Of a DNA stretch of 64,000 nucleotides, positions 27,899 to 41,544 are shown in pieces. The stretch is taken from assembly GCA_038046265.1 (NCBI GenBank), contig JBBSWN010000010.1:7693-71692 (forward strand). The letters run 5' to 3'. Under the pieces are notes generated by a model, which was not told the DNA's origin, did not search any database, and saw nothing but the letters and a program-made list of their open reading frames with translations. The stretch's first letter is position 1, and every line of letters starts with the position of its first letter. A program made the position numbers and the translations under genes. Source of the DNA: Nanobdellota archaeon (GTDB taxonomy: Archaea; Nanobdellota; Nanobdellia; SCGC-AAA011-G17; JACPIM01).

Positions 27899-28384
27899 TT
27901 AATTTTCCCCCACTCTATCTTTTGATGTGATTTTTACTTTTGATGGTCTAATAACTTTAGACTTTAGCATGAAACCTTTTTGAAATTCTTCTGTAATAAT
28001 TCCTTCTTCTTTTTCACTAAATTCTTTTGATAAAACTTCATGCAAATTATAATCAAATTTCTTCCCCAAAGCTTCAATAGGCTTTAAACCATGCTTTTCA
28101 AGAATTTTAGACAAATTAGAATAAACTAATTTAAATCCTTCTTTTGTTTTTTCATCTTTAATTTCTTTTAAAGATCTTTCAAAATCTTCCAAAACAATAA
28201 TTAATTCTTTTATCAATTTTTCATCTGCAAATTTAATTACCTCTTCTTTTTCTTTCTCGAATTTTTTCCTGTAATTATCAAAATCTGCCTGTAAATATTT
28301 CAACTGATTTAATCTATCTTCAGCTAATTTAGACTTTTCATTTAATTCTGATTTGGTTTCTGTTGTTTTCTCGCTCATTTTCAA
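27899..28384 (-). CDS. grpE: nucleotide exchange factor GrpE
   Basis: Position immediately upstream of dnaK; coiled-coil N-terminus plus the GrpE C-terminal pattern. Confidence 0.7.
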   Translation of the reverse strand: MKMSEKTTETKSELNEKSKLAEDRLNQLKYLQADFDNYRKKFEKEKEEVIKFADEKLIKELIIVLEDFERSLKEIKDEKTKEGFKLVYSNLSKILEKHGLKPIEALGKKFDYNLHEVLSKEFSEKEEGIITEEFQKGFMLKSKVIRPSKVKITSKDRVGEN

Positions 28385-28405
28385 AAGTTTAAAAGTCAGT
28401 GTATT

Positions 28406-28951
28406 TTATTCAATTGTAATTCTTCTTTGATTTCCTTTATTGTTTTCGGCTTTGGGAAGCATTACTTCCAGAATTCCATTTTTATAAAAAGCTTTGGCTT
28501 TTTCAGGAATAATCTTTGAAGGAAGATTCATTGACCTAAAAAAGTTGCTGAAGAATCTTTCAGATCGGATAAAACCGTTGCTTTCATCGGCTATCTTCAT
28601 CTCTGATTTCTTCTCTACTTTTACTTCCAGGCTATTTTCGGAGATGTTTAACTGGATATCTTTCTTATCCACGCCTGGAATTTCTATGGTGGCTATAAAT
28701 GCATTATTAGCTTCTCTTAAATCTGTTAATGGGTTTCTAAAATTCTGTTTTGTTTTTTCTGTATTGAACATTTTATCGCTCATGAAATTATCAAACATTT
28801 TTTCTGTTTCGTCAAAAACATTTTTAATATCAAAATCAATTAATTTTTTTTCCATTAATCTTAAATTTTCAACTATTTCTGTAGGTATTGTAATTACCCA
28901 GCTATTCCCAGATCTCCAGACTTTTCTTTTCATCTTAATAGGTATGTACAT
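28406..28951 (-). CDS. small heat-shock protein (Hsp20/alpha-crystallin) with an AbrB/MazE-like N-terminal segment
   Basis: Alpha-crystallin domain (AFIATIEIPGVDKKDIQLNI...GILEVMLPK) preceded by KRKVWRSGNSWVITIPTEIVENL. Confidence 0.55.
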   Translation of the reverse strand: MYIPIKMKRKVWRSGNSWVITIPTEIVENLRLMEKKLIDFDIKNVFDETEKMFDNFMSDKMFNTEKTKQNFRNPLTDLREANNAFIATIEIPGVDKKDIQLNISENSLEVKVEKKSEMKIADESNGFIRSERFFSNFFRSMNLPSKIIPEKAKAFYKNGILEVMLPKAENNKGNQRRITIE

Positions 28952-28990
28952 ACGTACTTATATTTAAAGGTTTTGTTTTTTAAAAAAATA

Positions 28991-29617
28991 TTAGAATAAT
29001 TTTTCGAGATATCTTTTTGTTTCTGCAAAGACTAATTTCACTGCTTCCTGAACATGATCCCCTTTATCTGTGTCTACTAATACAATTTGTCTTTCTGGAA
29101 ATATTTTAGGCAAATCAAGAAAAAACTTCTGGACTAGTTTTTGAAATTCCAAGTTTGTGTCAAACAAGCTAGTAACTCCTGCTCTTAATCTTCTTCTAAA
29201 TGCAATTTGAGGGTCGCAATAGTAAATAATAGTTAAATCAGGAATTAAAATTCCTTCATGCAACTGCTTAATCTTTTCAAGTTGTATTCCCTGGGCCTGC
29301 TGATATGCATAAGAAGACAGATCATAACGATCTACAAGAACGTGAGTTCCATTTTGAAGGTTTAGTTTTATTATTTTTTCAACATGATGTTTTCTATCTT
29401 CAACAAAAGCTTTCACAAACCAGTCAGCTTCATCATTTACGTTTTTTATTATTTGTAACTTATTTCTTATTTCTCTAAAATATCTTGTAGGTTCAACTCC
29501 TAAATAAATATCATTTCCTTTGAATTTTTCAAGAATGTATTTTGCGATTAAAAGAAACTGGGTGCTTTTGCCACAACCATCAATACCTTCAACTGAAATA
29601 AATTTTCCAGAAGTCAT
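28991..29617 (-). CDS. tmk: thymidylate kinase
   Basis: ISVEGIDGCGKSTQ P-loop and DRY motif; 208 aa. Confidence 0.75.
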   Translation of the reverse strand: MTSGKFISVEGIDGCGKSTQFLLIAKYILEKFKGNDIYLGVEPTRYFREIRNKLQIIKNVNDEADWFVKAFVEDRKHHVEKIIKLNLQNGTHVLVDRYDLSSYAYQQAQGIQLEKIKQLHEGILIPDLTIIYYCDPQIAFRRRLRAGVTSLFDTNLEFQKLVQKFFLDLPKIFPERQIVLVDTDKGDHVQEAVKLVFAETKRYLEKLF

Positions 29618-30228
29618 GATGAACCTCTTAATTTATCACTTAGAAGATCTAAGCAAAAAGGAGCCCAATATTCTATTTTAGAATTTTCTTTCAGTTTTTT
29701 TATTTCTTCTAAACTTTTGAAATCTCCGTCTTTAAGTTTTTTATCTCTGAGGTTTATTTTTGTTAATTTTGTTTGGACAATATAGATTAGACCAAAATGA
29801 ACTCTATTTACGTCTCCAACATCAACATTCACATAACCTGAAAGTTCTGGTTCTGGATTTTCAAAGTCAGTTTCTTCTAAAATTCCTCTTACACAACCAG
29901 AATATAATGGATTTCTATTTACTTCGTCTTTTGGTTCAATGTGCTCCATTATTCCTAGAGTCCAAAAACCATTTAATCTAGAGTCACCACCATTTCTAAA
30001 ATGAGTAAATACTTTTTGCAAGTCTCGATTAAGTATTAAAGCGTAAGAAATAGGCTGCTTGAATCTTTCATTTTTTTCAACATCTTCTCTTTGCCTATAT
30101 TCATAATTTTTGAGTATTAATGATTCATAATCAAATTCACTTAAAGGCAAGAAACCTTCAAAATATCTCTGAGAAAATAGTTTTTCTCTTTCAACAACCA
30201 TCACTAATCTGCTTTTTCTATCTTCCAT
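29614..30228 (-). CDS. hypothetical; divergent Nudix-like hydrolase?
   Basis: GIMEHIE....RGILEETDF loosely matches the Nudix box Gx5E..REUxEExGU, with an insertion; 4-nt overlap with tmk. Confidence 0.25.
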   Translation of the reverse strand: MEDRKSRLVMVVEREKLFSQRYFEGFLPLSEFDYESLILKNYEYRQREDVEKNERFKQPISYALILNRDLQKVFTHFRNGGDSRLNGFWTLGIMEHIEPKDEVNRNPLYSGCVRGILEETDFENPEPELSGYVNVDVGDVNRVHFGLIYIVQTKLTKINLRDKKLKDGDFKSLEEIKKLKENSKIEYWAPFCLDLLSDKLRGSS

Positions 30229-30348
30229 TTATCACCTCTAGCAAACTTTTATAATAGCGTTGTAGAAAACAAAAAGATTTCTTGGAAAAAAGCTACAATA
30301 CTGTTGTAGTTTAGAAATAAATATAAATAATTAAGGATATTTGAACTT

Positions 30349-31221
30349 ATGCTGAGCAAAGAGATTGAAAAGAAGATCCTTCAATTTGTATATAATGAAC
30401 CTAGATCTGTTCAAGATATTTCTAAGTATATTGGCAAAAACTGGAGAACAGCTGAAAGTTACGTGCAAAAGATAATAAAAGAATCAGGAAACTTAGCTAT
30501 TGCTAATTTTAGGGAGGGAACAAGAGCTGCATTAAAAATAGTATATTTTAAACCAATAGAGAACATTAATTCTTCAGAATTTCAGGAATTATTATTGAAA
30601 AGACTGGAAGCTGGAAGAAAAAAAGAAGATTTTTCTCCTTTTGACATTTATAATTTTGTTCCAGAAGACAAGAGAAGCGCTAAATCTGGAAGCTATAATA
30701 TAAGCAATCAATTGTTTAACCAGGATTTAATATCTTTTTTAAGAAGTGCAAAAAAAGAAATCCTAGTATTTACAGGAAACTGCTCTTTTGTAAGCTTAAA
30801 AGAAAATGATATTCCAATAATCAGCATTTTTCAAGAAATTGCTGAAAAAGGCGTTGAAATAAAAGTTTTATCAAGAGTAGACTTTTCTTCATTCAAGAAT
30901 TTACAAAGTTTATTGTCTATAAATTACAGTTTAGGGAAAGAATTAATTGAAGTAAGACATTGCGAGCAGCCATTAAGAGGATTTTTGGTTGACGATACGT
31001 CGTTTAGATTAAAAGAAGACATTGATCCTTACTCTTATGTTCCAGGAGAATTAAGTCCGGACATGAAAGTAGTTCTTTATGATATAAGAGACAAGGAATG
31101 GGTAAGATGGATGAGGGAAATATTTTTTAAATTTTTCAGGACAAGCATTTCAAGCCAAAAAAGAATCAAGGATTTAAGAAGCATCAAGAATCAGGAAGTG
31201 CAGTCTGTTCTAAAGTTCTAA
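30349..31221 (+). CDS. hypothetical protein with N-terminal winged-helix-like region
   Basis: VQDISKYIGKNWRTAESYVQKII. Confidence 0.3.
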   Translation: MLSKEIEKKILQFVYNEPRSVQDISKYIGKNWRTAESYVQKIIKESGNLAIANFREGTRAALKIVYFKPIENINSSEFQELLLKRLEAGRKKEDFSPFDIYNFVPEDKRSAKSGSYNISNQLFNQDLISFLRSAKKEILVFTGNCSFVSLKENDIPIISIFQEIAEKGVEIKVLSRVDFSSFKNLQSLLSINYSLGKELIEVRHCEQPLRGFLVDDTSFRLKEDIDPYSYVPGELSPDMKVVLYDIRDKEWVRWMREIFFKFFRTSISSQKRIKDLRSIKNQEVQSVLKF

Positions 31222-31226
31222 TAACC

Positions 31227-31236
31227 TTTATAAATA
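31227..31236 (+). promoter_or_regulatory. TATA box (TTTATAAATA) for the SRP RNA
   Basis: Lies ~25 nt upstream of the predicted RNA 5' end. Confidence 0.4.
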
Positions 31237-31254
31237 AGTTTTTAGTAAAATATA

Positions 31255-31518
31255 ATGTAGGCTAGGCAGCAGGCTAGTCCTCTGCGATTTCCAAACGGAC
31301 TTCATGGGAAGCTGAAAGCCCAGATAAGAACAAATTAGGTTAATAGTCTTGGTTTGTACGATGAGGCTTTGTCCTAGTGTGTTATTTTATATGAGAACCA
31401 GGTCAGGATGGGAACATAGCAGCCTTAATCATTTAAAGTAAAGTCATTAGGGGTTCAGAGCTAAGGAAGGATCAAGGTAGCTATTAATTTATTTTTTTCT
31501 GAACTGGGAAGCCTACTT
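31255..31518 (+). ncRNA. signal recognition particle RNA (7S/SRP RNA)
   Basis: GC-rich island in an AT-rich spacer; helix-8 signature ACCAGGUCAGGAUG-GGAA-CAUAGCAGCC (compare E. coli 4.5S CCAGGUCAGGUCC-GGAA-GGAAGCAGCC); 5' GUAGGCU pairs with 3' AGCCUAC; ends approximate. Confidence 0.55.
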
Positions 31519-31577
31519 TAAACTTTCTTAACTTTTAGTATAGAATTATTTATATACTGAAGAATATACTTAGTAGC

Positions 31578-31937
31578 ATGAAAAAATATAGCGGACAAAA
31601 AATATATGATGAAATGGAGAAAGTCCCTTTTTTGAATAGGGATATATCTATTAGAGAATCAAGAGATTTAGAGTTAATAGGAAGATGCATTACTTTTTTA
31701 GATGCGAAAACAAGAGGATATGGAGAGGATGCAGTTTTATTACCTTGGATTTCGCATTGTGCTTTGAGTGTTGAAATTTTTGGATACACTGTTTGTAAAA
31801 AATTTAAATACGAAGAAATAACAGAATTAGCCAGGAAAAAGGAAATAAACGGTGATCCATATCCTGCAGTAGCTTTTACTATTTCATTATTAGAAAAAAA
31901 ACTTAAGCTTTTAACTCCGGAACCTATGCCTTGTTAA
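31578..31937 (+). CDS. hypothetical protein
   Basis: 119-aa ORF. Confidence 0.3.
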   Translation: MKKYSGQKIYDEMEKVPFLNRDISIRESRDLELIGRCITFLDAKTRGYGEDAVLLPWISHCALSVEIFGYTVCKKFKYEEITELARKKEINGDPYPAVAFTISLLEKKLKLLTPEPMPC

Positions 31938-32721
31938 CCCAATTATAACATAAGCGATTGGCTAAAATTTCTCTTGAGCAGTATTTTATTTTTTCTGCAT
32001 CTAATTTATCCTTGATTAAAGGTTCTTTTTTATCAATTAAAGTACTGATTTCAGACTGATTTTTTTTGATTATTATTTTTTTAATTCTATCAAAACCATC
32101 CAGATCTGTTCTTCTTTTTGTTGAAACTAAAATAATTGGGACTTCCCAAGCATCGCTTATAGCTTCTTGATTTTCTAATTTTTTTCCTTCTATTTCAATC
32201 AAATTTCCAGAGTTATCAATTTTATATTTATTAGTTATTTTACCAAACAAATTTAATAATTCTTTTAGATCTCTTCCATTAGCTACTTCTATTGCAAGAT
32301 CATATTGTTTTCCTTCGCCTATAATAACTCCCCCGTACAATAAAGCGTCTTGATGATTTAGAGGATTTCCGTGTTCATCGTAAAGTCTAAGATCTTCATT
32401 TAGCCAATCTGTTTTCAGTCGATACATGGCAATTCTTTCAATAACATCTTTATGAACTCTCCTAACTAAATGTGCCAAACCAGATATTTTTATTTTATCA
32501 GTGAGCTCAGCTTTATGATCTTCATCTCTTCCATCTGGTTTTCTTCCTAAATTTGCATGAAGATAATTTACTAAAAAACGAGCTTTTCTTTTATGAACTT
32601 TAGGATAATGATTATAACCGCTTATTGTGCCATTAGCTATTAATGGAAAGAAGATTCGTCTAAATCTTTTTAATTCTCTTCTGCTGAAATTACTTCTTTT
32701 ATTCATATTGGTTTTTAACAA
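31924..32721 (-). CDS. hypothetical protein
   Basis: 265-aa ORF, basic N-terminus, no recognisable motif. Confidence 0.35.
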   Translation of the reverse strand: MLKTNMNKRSNFSRRELKRFRRIFFPLIANGTISGYNHYPKVHKRKARFLVNYLHANLGRKPDGRDEDHKAELTDKIKISGLAHLVRRVHKDVIERIAMYRLKTDWLNEDLRLYDEHGNPLNHQDALLYGGVIIGEGKQYDLAIEVANGRDLKELLNLFGKITNKYKIDNSGNLIEIEGKKLENQEAISDAWEVPIILVSTKRRTDLDGFDRIKKIIIKKNQSEISTLIDKKEPLIKDKLDAEKIKYCSREILANRLCYNWVNKA

Positions 32722-32940
32722 AATGTTATTTATAAATCTTTCTAATTTTAACTACTTAAGAGTAATATAAAAATGAAAGAATTTCAAAAATATCGGAAAG
32801 ATTACGTAAAAATTAAACTTGCTTATTTTTCATTATAAGGCTTATAAACGTCTTTAAATGCATTTAAAGCGGGGAAAAGTATTTAAACTTTGGAACTTTT
32901 TTTTGAATAGAAATTACTAAATTTTGACTAATCTTTTATA

Positions 32941-32960
32941 AAAAGCTTAACCAAAAGGCT
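32941..32960 (+). promoter_or_regulatory. partial dispersed-motif copy (AAAAAGCTTAACCAAAAGG) just upstream of gyrB
   Basis: Matches the right half of the motif. Confidence 0.25.
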
Positions 32961-32962
32961 GA

Positions 32963-36444
<3,482 letters not shown>

Positions 36445-36445
<1 letters not shown>

Positions 36446-36492
36446 AAAGCTTTTTAGAAAAAAGCTTTAGCAAAAAACGAAGCAAAAAAACG
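36445..36492 (+). promoter_or_regulatory. dispersed motif copy (AAAAGCTTTTTAGAAAAAAGCTTTAGCAAAAAACGAAGCAAAAAAACG)
   Basis: Motif family, between gyrB and the next ORF. Confidence 0.3.
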
Positions 36493-36495
36493 AAA

Positions 36496-36759
36496 ATGCA
36501 AGGAAAACGACGAGATACATATCAGGCGAATTTGTTTGGGCTTGTTTCAGAAACTAGTACAGCTATTAAAGGAAGAGATTTAGAGAAAGCTAGAAATAAT
36601 CTAGAAATTCTTTTTCGAGAATTTGAATTAATGCCCCATGAAGGATTTATGGGTGGAAAATCTATGTTTGCTGTAATTTATTTTATTTATAGAGGTCTTA
36701 AAAAAGAATATGATAAACTAATAACCAATGATGAAGAATTTTTGGTAGGGTTAGCATGA
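36496..36759 (+). CDS. small hypothetical protein between gyrB and gyrA
   Basis: 87 aa; its stop overlaps the gyrA start (ATGA). Confidence 0.3.
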   Translation: MQGKRRDTYQANLFGLVSETSTAIKGRDLEKARNNLEILFREFELMPHEGFMGGKSMFAVIYFIYRGLKKEYDKLITNDEEFLVGLA

Positions 36760-39167
36760 CAGAGGAAGTACAAATAAAAAAAGTAATAGTTGAAGACCAG
36801 CTTAAAGAAGCTTACTTAGATTATTCTATGTCTGTTATTGTTGGAAGAGCTTTACCTGATGTTAAAGATGGATTAAAACCAGTACACAGAAGAATTCTTT
36901 ATACAATGCATGAAATGGGTCTTAATAATGCAAAACCTTTTAGAAAAAGCGCGATGATTGTCGGAGCTTGTTTCAAATATCATCCGCATGGTGATGCACC
37001 AATTTACGAATCTTTAGTAAGAATGGTTCAAGATTTCAACATGAGATATCCTTTAGTTCACGGACATGGAAATTTTTCCAGTGTTGATTTACCAACAAGT
37101 TTTGCGCATATGCGTTATACAGAAGCAAAATTACAAAAAATAGCTGAAGAAATGTTATTGGATATTGAAAAAGAAACTGTTGATTTTGTTCCTAATTTTG
37201 ACGGCAGTTTAAAAGAACCGGTAGTATTGCCTTCTAAATTACCTAATCTATTATTGAATGGATCAACTGGAATTGCAGTTGGAATGGCAACAAATATTCC
37301 ACCACATAATGTAACTGAAATTATTGACGGAACTTTATTAATATTGCAAAATCCAAGTGCTGATATTTTGGAATTAATGAAAATTATTAAAGGACCTGAT
37401 TTTCCTACGGGGGCTATAATTAATGGAAGAAAAGGAATTGAAGATTATTATAAGACTGGAAAAGGAAAACTTATTGTAAGAGCCAAGACTGAAATTGAAG
37501 ACAATAAGATAATTATCAAAGAAATTCCTTATCAAGTTAACAAACCCCTAATGATAGAAGCCATAGCAAATTTAGTAAAAGATGGAACAATAGAGGGAAT
37601 AAAGGATATAAGAGATGAGACTGACAAGACAGGAATAAGAATTATAATCCATCTTAAAAAAGATGAAGACCCAAAACTAATTTTGAATCAGCTGTATAAG
37701 CATTCCGGACTACAAAGTACTTTTGGTGTAATTATGCTGGCTTTAGTAAATAATGAGCCAAGAATTTTGAATTTAAAAGAAATAATTGAGAATTATATTT
37801 TACACAGAAAAGACGTTGTAGTAAGAAGAACTAAATTTGACTTAAACAAGGCTTTAGACAAAGAACATACATTAGAAGGCTTGAAAATTGCTTTGTCTAA
37901 TATTGACAAAGTAATTGAGTTAATTAAAAAATCTGAAGACACTGAAAAAGCTAAAACAAATTTAATTTCTAATTTTAAGTTAAGTGAGAAACAAAGTATT
38001 GCTATTTTAGAGATGAGGTTACAGAGATTAACAAGATTAGAGACTGGAAAAATAAATCAGGATTTAATTGAAACTAAAAAACTTATTTTAGAATTAAAAA
38101 GCATTTTAGCTTCTGAACAGAAAGTCATTGAAATTATTAGAAATGAATTAATTGAATTAAAGAATAAATATTCTGACAAGAGAAGAACACAAATAATTGA
38201 AGAAGAAGCTGAAACTTTAGTCAAGGAAGAGTTAATTAAAGAAGAGAATATTGTTGTGACGTTAACTTATTCTGGATATATTAAACAGGTTCCTTTAAGC
38301 ACTTACAGGCAGCAGAGAAGGGGTGGGAAAGGAATTCAAGGAACTTCAACCAAGGATGAAGAGGATATTGTAAAGAATTTACTTGTTACCAGTAATTTGA
38401 ATACCTTAATGTTCTTTACAAACAAAGGAAAAGTATACTGGCTTAAGGGATATGAAATTCCAGAAGTTTCAAGGCAGGCAAAAGGAAAAGCTATTGTGAA
38501 TTTATTACATTTATCTGAAGGTGAAAAAGTAAATTCAATTTTATCATTAAAAGAATTTTCTGATGTAGAGTATTTGGTATTTGCAACTAAAAGAGGTGGA
38601 ATTAAGAAAACTAATTTAATGGAATATGCAAATTTAAGAAAATCCGGCATTATTGCGATTAATTTGAAAGAGAATGACGAGGTTGTTAAAGTTGTGCTGA
38701 CTGATGGAAAAAAAGAACTAATTTTAACTTCAAAGAATGGAAAAGCTATAAGGTTTAATGAGAAAGATGCGAGAGAAATGGGAAGAAATTCTTCTGGAGT
38801 AAGAGGAATTAGATTACAAGACAAGGATGAAGTTATTGGCCTTGAAATTGTTAAAGATACTGATAGCATATTGACTGTTACTGAAAAAGGTTTTGGAAAA
38901 AGAACTAAATTAGAAGAATATGCTTTAATCAGAAGAGGAGGAAAGGGAGTAAGAAATATTAAAGTAAGCGAGAAAAACGGACATGTTGTTTCAACTTCTA
39001 TTGTGAAAGATGATGATGAAATTATTATTATAAGCAAAAAAGGACAGATTATAAGGCTTGATACAAAACAGATTAATGTTATAGGAAGAAACACTTCCGG
39101 TGTAAGGGTAATTAGATTAAATGAAAATGATTCTGTTGCTTCTGTTGCTAAGATTGAGAAGGAATAG
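36756..39167 (+). CDS. gyrA: DNA gyrase subunit A
   Basis: AMSVIVGRALPDVKDGLKPVHRRILY and the catalytic Tyr region; C-terminal beta-pinwheel repeats. Confidence 0.85.
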   Translation: MTEEVQIKKVIVEDQLKEAYLDYSMSVIVGRALPDVKDGLKPVHRRILYTMHEMGLNNAKPFRKSAMIVGACFKYHPHGDAPIYESLVRMVQDFNMRYPLVHGHGNFSSVDLPTSFAHMRYTEAKLQKIAEEMLLDIEKETVDFVPNFDGSLKEPVVLPSKLPNLLLNGSTGIAVGMATNIPPHNVTEIIDGTLLILQNPSADILELMKIIKGPDFPTGAIINGRKGIEDYYKTGKGKLIVRAKTEIEDNKIIIKEIPYQVNKPLMIEAIANLVKDGTIEGIKDIRDETDKTGIRIIIHLKKDEDPKLILNQLYKHSGLQSTFGVIMLALVNNEPRILNLKEIIENYILHRKDVVVRRTKFDLNKALDKEHTLEGLKIALSNIDKVIELIKKSEDTEKAKTNLISNFKLSEKQSIAILEMRLQRLTRLETGKINQDLIETKKLILELKSILASEQKVIEIIRNELIELKNKYSDKRRTQIIEEEAETLVKEELIKEENIVVTLTYSGYIKQVPLSTYRQQRRGGKGIQGTSTKDEEDIVKNLLVTSNLNTLMFFTNKGKVYWLKGYEIPEVSRQAKGKAIVNLLHLSEGEKVNSILSLKEFSDVEYLVFATKRGGIKKTNLMEYANLRKSGIIAINLKENDEVVKVVLTDGKKELILTSKNGKAIRFNEKDAREMGRNSSGVRGIRLQDKDEVIGLEIVKDTDSILTVTEKGFGKRTKLEEYALIRRGGKGVRNIKVSEKNGHVVSTSIVKDDDEIIIISKKGQIIRLDTKQINVIGRNTSGVRVIRLNENDSVASVAKIEKE

Positions 39168-39683
39168 TTATTTTACAAATTCTACATTATTTAGGTTTTC
39201 AAATTCCTTGTCTTTAACTAACCTCTTTTTCATTGTCCAAAAAGTTATCTTTATTTTTTTATTTCCCTTATCCTTAAGAGTTAAATAAGAGTGGGAGGGT
39301 TCACCAATTATAATATAACCTCTATGTTCATAAAATTCCTCCAAATGTTTTTCTTGAATTTCAAAATCAAGATAGCATTCTTTAAAGCCTTTTGATTTTA
39401 CTAATTTCTCTGCATGTTCCAAAATTTTAGTTGCAATACCTTTACCTCTATAATTGCTTCTTACAAAAAGGTCTTCAAAAATGGGTATAATTTTATGTAC
39501 TCTATCTTCTTTATAACGAATAAAGATATGTCCAACAGGTTGCTTATTTAAAAATATAATTAAGTATTTGGCTTTGTTTTTATTCTGCTCTTTTAAACGC
39601 TTAAGATGTAATTTATGTAATTTTTCTCCCCTAATTATATCAAAATATTTCAAATCCTCTTTTATAGCTTCACGAATAATCAT
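39168..39683 (-). CDS. GNAT-family N-acetyltransferase
   Basis: Motif A VRSNYRGKGIATKIL. Confidence 0.55.
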   Translation of the reverse strand: MIIREAIKEDLKYFDIIRGEKLHKLHLKRLKEQNKNKAKYLIIFLNKQPVGHIFIRYKEDRVHKIIPIFEDLFVRSNYRGKGIATKILEHAEKLVKSKGFKECYLDFEIQEKHLEEFYEHRGYIIIGEPSHSYLTLKDKGNKKIKITFWTMKKRLVKDKEFENLNNVEFVK

Positions 39684-41459
39684 TTAACTAACCTCTTTTG
39701 ATTTTTTATGATAGTTTTTCCAGACTTTGTAAAACTTTTTGTTTTTAATTACTTCTTTTAATTGGCCTTCTGCCACTATTTTTCCTTTGTCAAAATAATA
39801 AATATAATCAAAATTTTTCAGTAAATGCAGCCTGTGAATAGAAGAAATAATAGTTTTATTTTTATAATTCCTGAATATTTCTTTGTAAATTAACATTTCA
39901 TTTTTAGTGTCAACAGAACTTGTTGGTTCATCTAAAAGAAGAATATCACTATTTTTAACAGCTAATAATCCACGAGCTAAAGCAAGTCTTTGTTTTTCCC
40001 CACCACTTAAATTAACTCCTTTTTCAGCTATATTTGTGTAAATTCCTTTTCTTAATCTTTTTAAAACAGAGTTAAAAGCAGAAATTTTAATTACCTTATT
40101 TATTTCCTTGTCTGGATAACTTATTCCTAATGTGATATTCTTTTTTATTGTTGTGTTAAATAGTTCTGGTTCTTGGGGAATTAAAGTAACATGTTCACTT
40201 AAATGCTTTAAACCAAATTCCTGAAGTTTATTGTCAACATATAAATCAACAAACTTTACTTGATATAAGCCTCTTAACAAAACTAATAAAGTACTTTTTC
40301 CAGAACCACTTTCACCTACAAATGCGATTTTTTGTCCTTTTGTAAAATTTATGTTGATATTTTCCATATGATAGAATTTATGTTTTTTATGATAACTAAA
40401 ATGCAAATTTTTTAGTTCTATTTTTTCCCAATTTTTAGGCAAATGAACTTCTTGTTTAATTGGAAGCTGATTATAGGCTTCATTTATGGGAGACATTGCT
40501 ATTACTTGAGCGTTTTGCTCCATTAAATTTGAGTAACGCCAGGCAAACTGAAAGAAAGTATTAGATATTTTATCTGCATAACTGTACAGCATGAATAACG
40601 TACCTATTAATACTGTGCCAGTTAAAGTTATTTGATCATATATGTAGACAGCTAGTACAGTGAAAACCATTAAAGATGAAAGTAAACTTGTTAAGAACCA
40701 TTTAAGTTCACCTAAAACTACACTTTTCCTGAAAAGCTCCAAAGGTTTGTACATCCTGGTTAAAATTTCCTTTGAAACCATTTTTTGCAACCTTAATGTT
40801 ATTGTTGTAATTATGTTAGTTATGTAGTCGTGAATGCCAGCAGCTATATAATTGTCATACAAGTAAAGCCTGTCATACTGCTTTGTTAGAATTTTATCAA
40901 ACTTGTATATAATAAAGAAAGACAAAGAGCTGAAAAATATTGCTATAGCTGCTGATTTAAAGCTTATGAAACTTAAGACTATTAAAGAGCCAATTAAGTC
41001 TATTATAGATTCTATGTATGAAAAGATTTCACCTGAAAATCTTCCTAATGAGCCAGAGGATCTATTTATTTTGTCTATTGTGTCGCCTGAATGATGGTCT
41101 CTATGCCATTTTGGCGGGAGATCTAACACTTTGTTAAAAGATTCTATTTTGTAAAATATTTCTACGAAAAAGGCGTTTCTTCTTTCAATGACTCTTGTTG
41201 GTCCATGAAATGCCCAGAAAGCTACTTTTAAAATTACAATAAAACTTAACAAGAATAAAATTTCTTTTAATAAAGTATTTTCTTGTGAAGTTTGAATAAG
41301 ATTGAATACTTTACCAATTACAAATGGAGTGATTAAATCAATTAAGTTTGCTATTAAAAATGAGAGCAATATAAATACGACTATTGGTTTTCGGCCTTTA
41401 GAGTATTTCCAAGTAAGCTTAAATAAATTCAGTATTGGGTTGGGTGTTTTTTCTTCCAT
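39684..41459 (-). CDS. ABC exporter, fused permease and ATP-binding domains
   Basis: Six-TM N-terminus; Walker A GESGSGKST; signature LSGGEKQRLALAR; Walker B ILLLDEP. Confidence 0.8.
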   Translation of the reverse strand: MEEKTPNPILNLFKLTWKYSKGRKPIVVFILLSFLIANLIDLITPFVIGKVFNLIQTSQENTLLKEILFLLSFIVILKVAFWAFHGPTRVIERRNAFFVEIFYKIESFNKVLDLPPKWHRDHHSGDTIDKINRSSGSLGRFSGEIFSYIESIIDLIGSLIVLSFISFKSAAIAIFFSSLSFFIIYKFDKILTKQYDRLYLYDNYIAAGIHDYITNIITTITLRLQKMVSKEILTRMYKPLELFRKSVVLGELKWFLTSLLSSLMVFTVLAVYIYDQITLTGTVLIGTLFMLYSYADKISNTFFQFAWRYSNLMEQNAQVIAMSPINEAYNQLPIKQEVHLPKNWEKIELKNLHFSYHKKHKFYHMENININFTKGQKIAFVGESGSGKSTLLVLLRGLYQVKFVDLYVDNKLQEFGLKHLSEHVTLIPQEPELFNTTIKKNITLGISYPDKEINKVIKISAFNSVLKRLRKGIYTNIAEKGVNLSGGEKQRLALARGLLAVKNSDILLLDEPTSSVDTKNEMLIYKEIFRNYKNKTIISSIHRLHLLKNFDYIYYFDKGKIVAEGQLKEVIKNKKFYKVWKNYHKKSKEVS

Positions 41460-41544
41460 TATAACCTCTTTTTATAATATTTATAGAATTATTGTGTTTA
41501 AAAAATTATTTAATAATTTAATTAGTAATTTATGATTATTTAAT

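Noticed and set aside
31255-31518. RNase P RNA as an alternative identity for the GC-rich RNA
   Set aside because: It lacks P4-type GGAAAGUCCGGGC and other RNase P signatures. The SRP helix-8 motif is present.
38336-39094. 252-aa minus-strand ORF
   Set aside because: Lies entirely antisense within gyrA, with an Ser/Phe/Leu-rich translation typical of AT-rich antisense frames.
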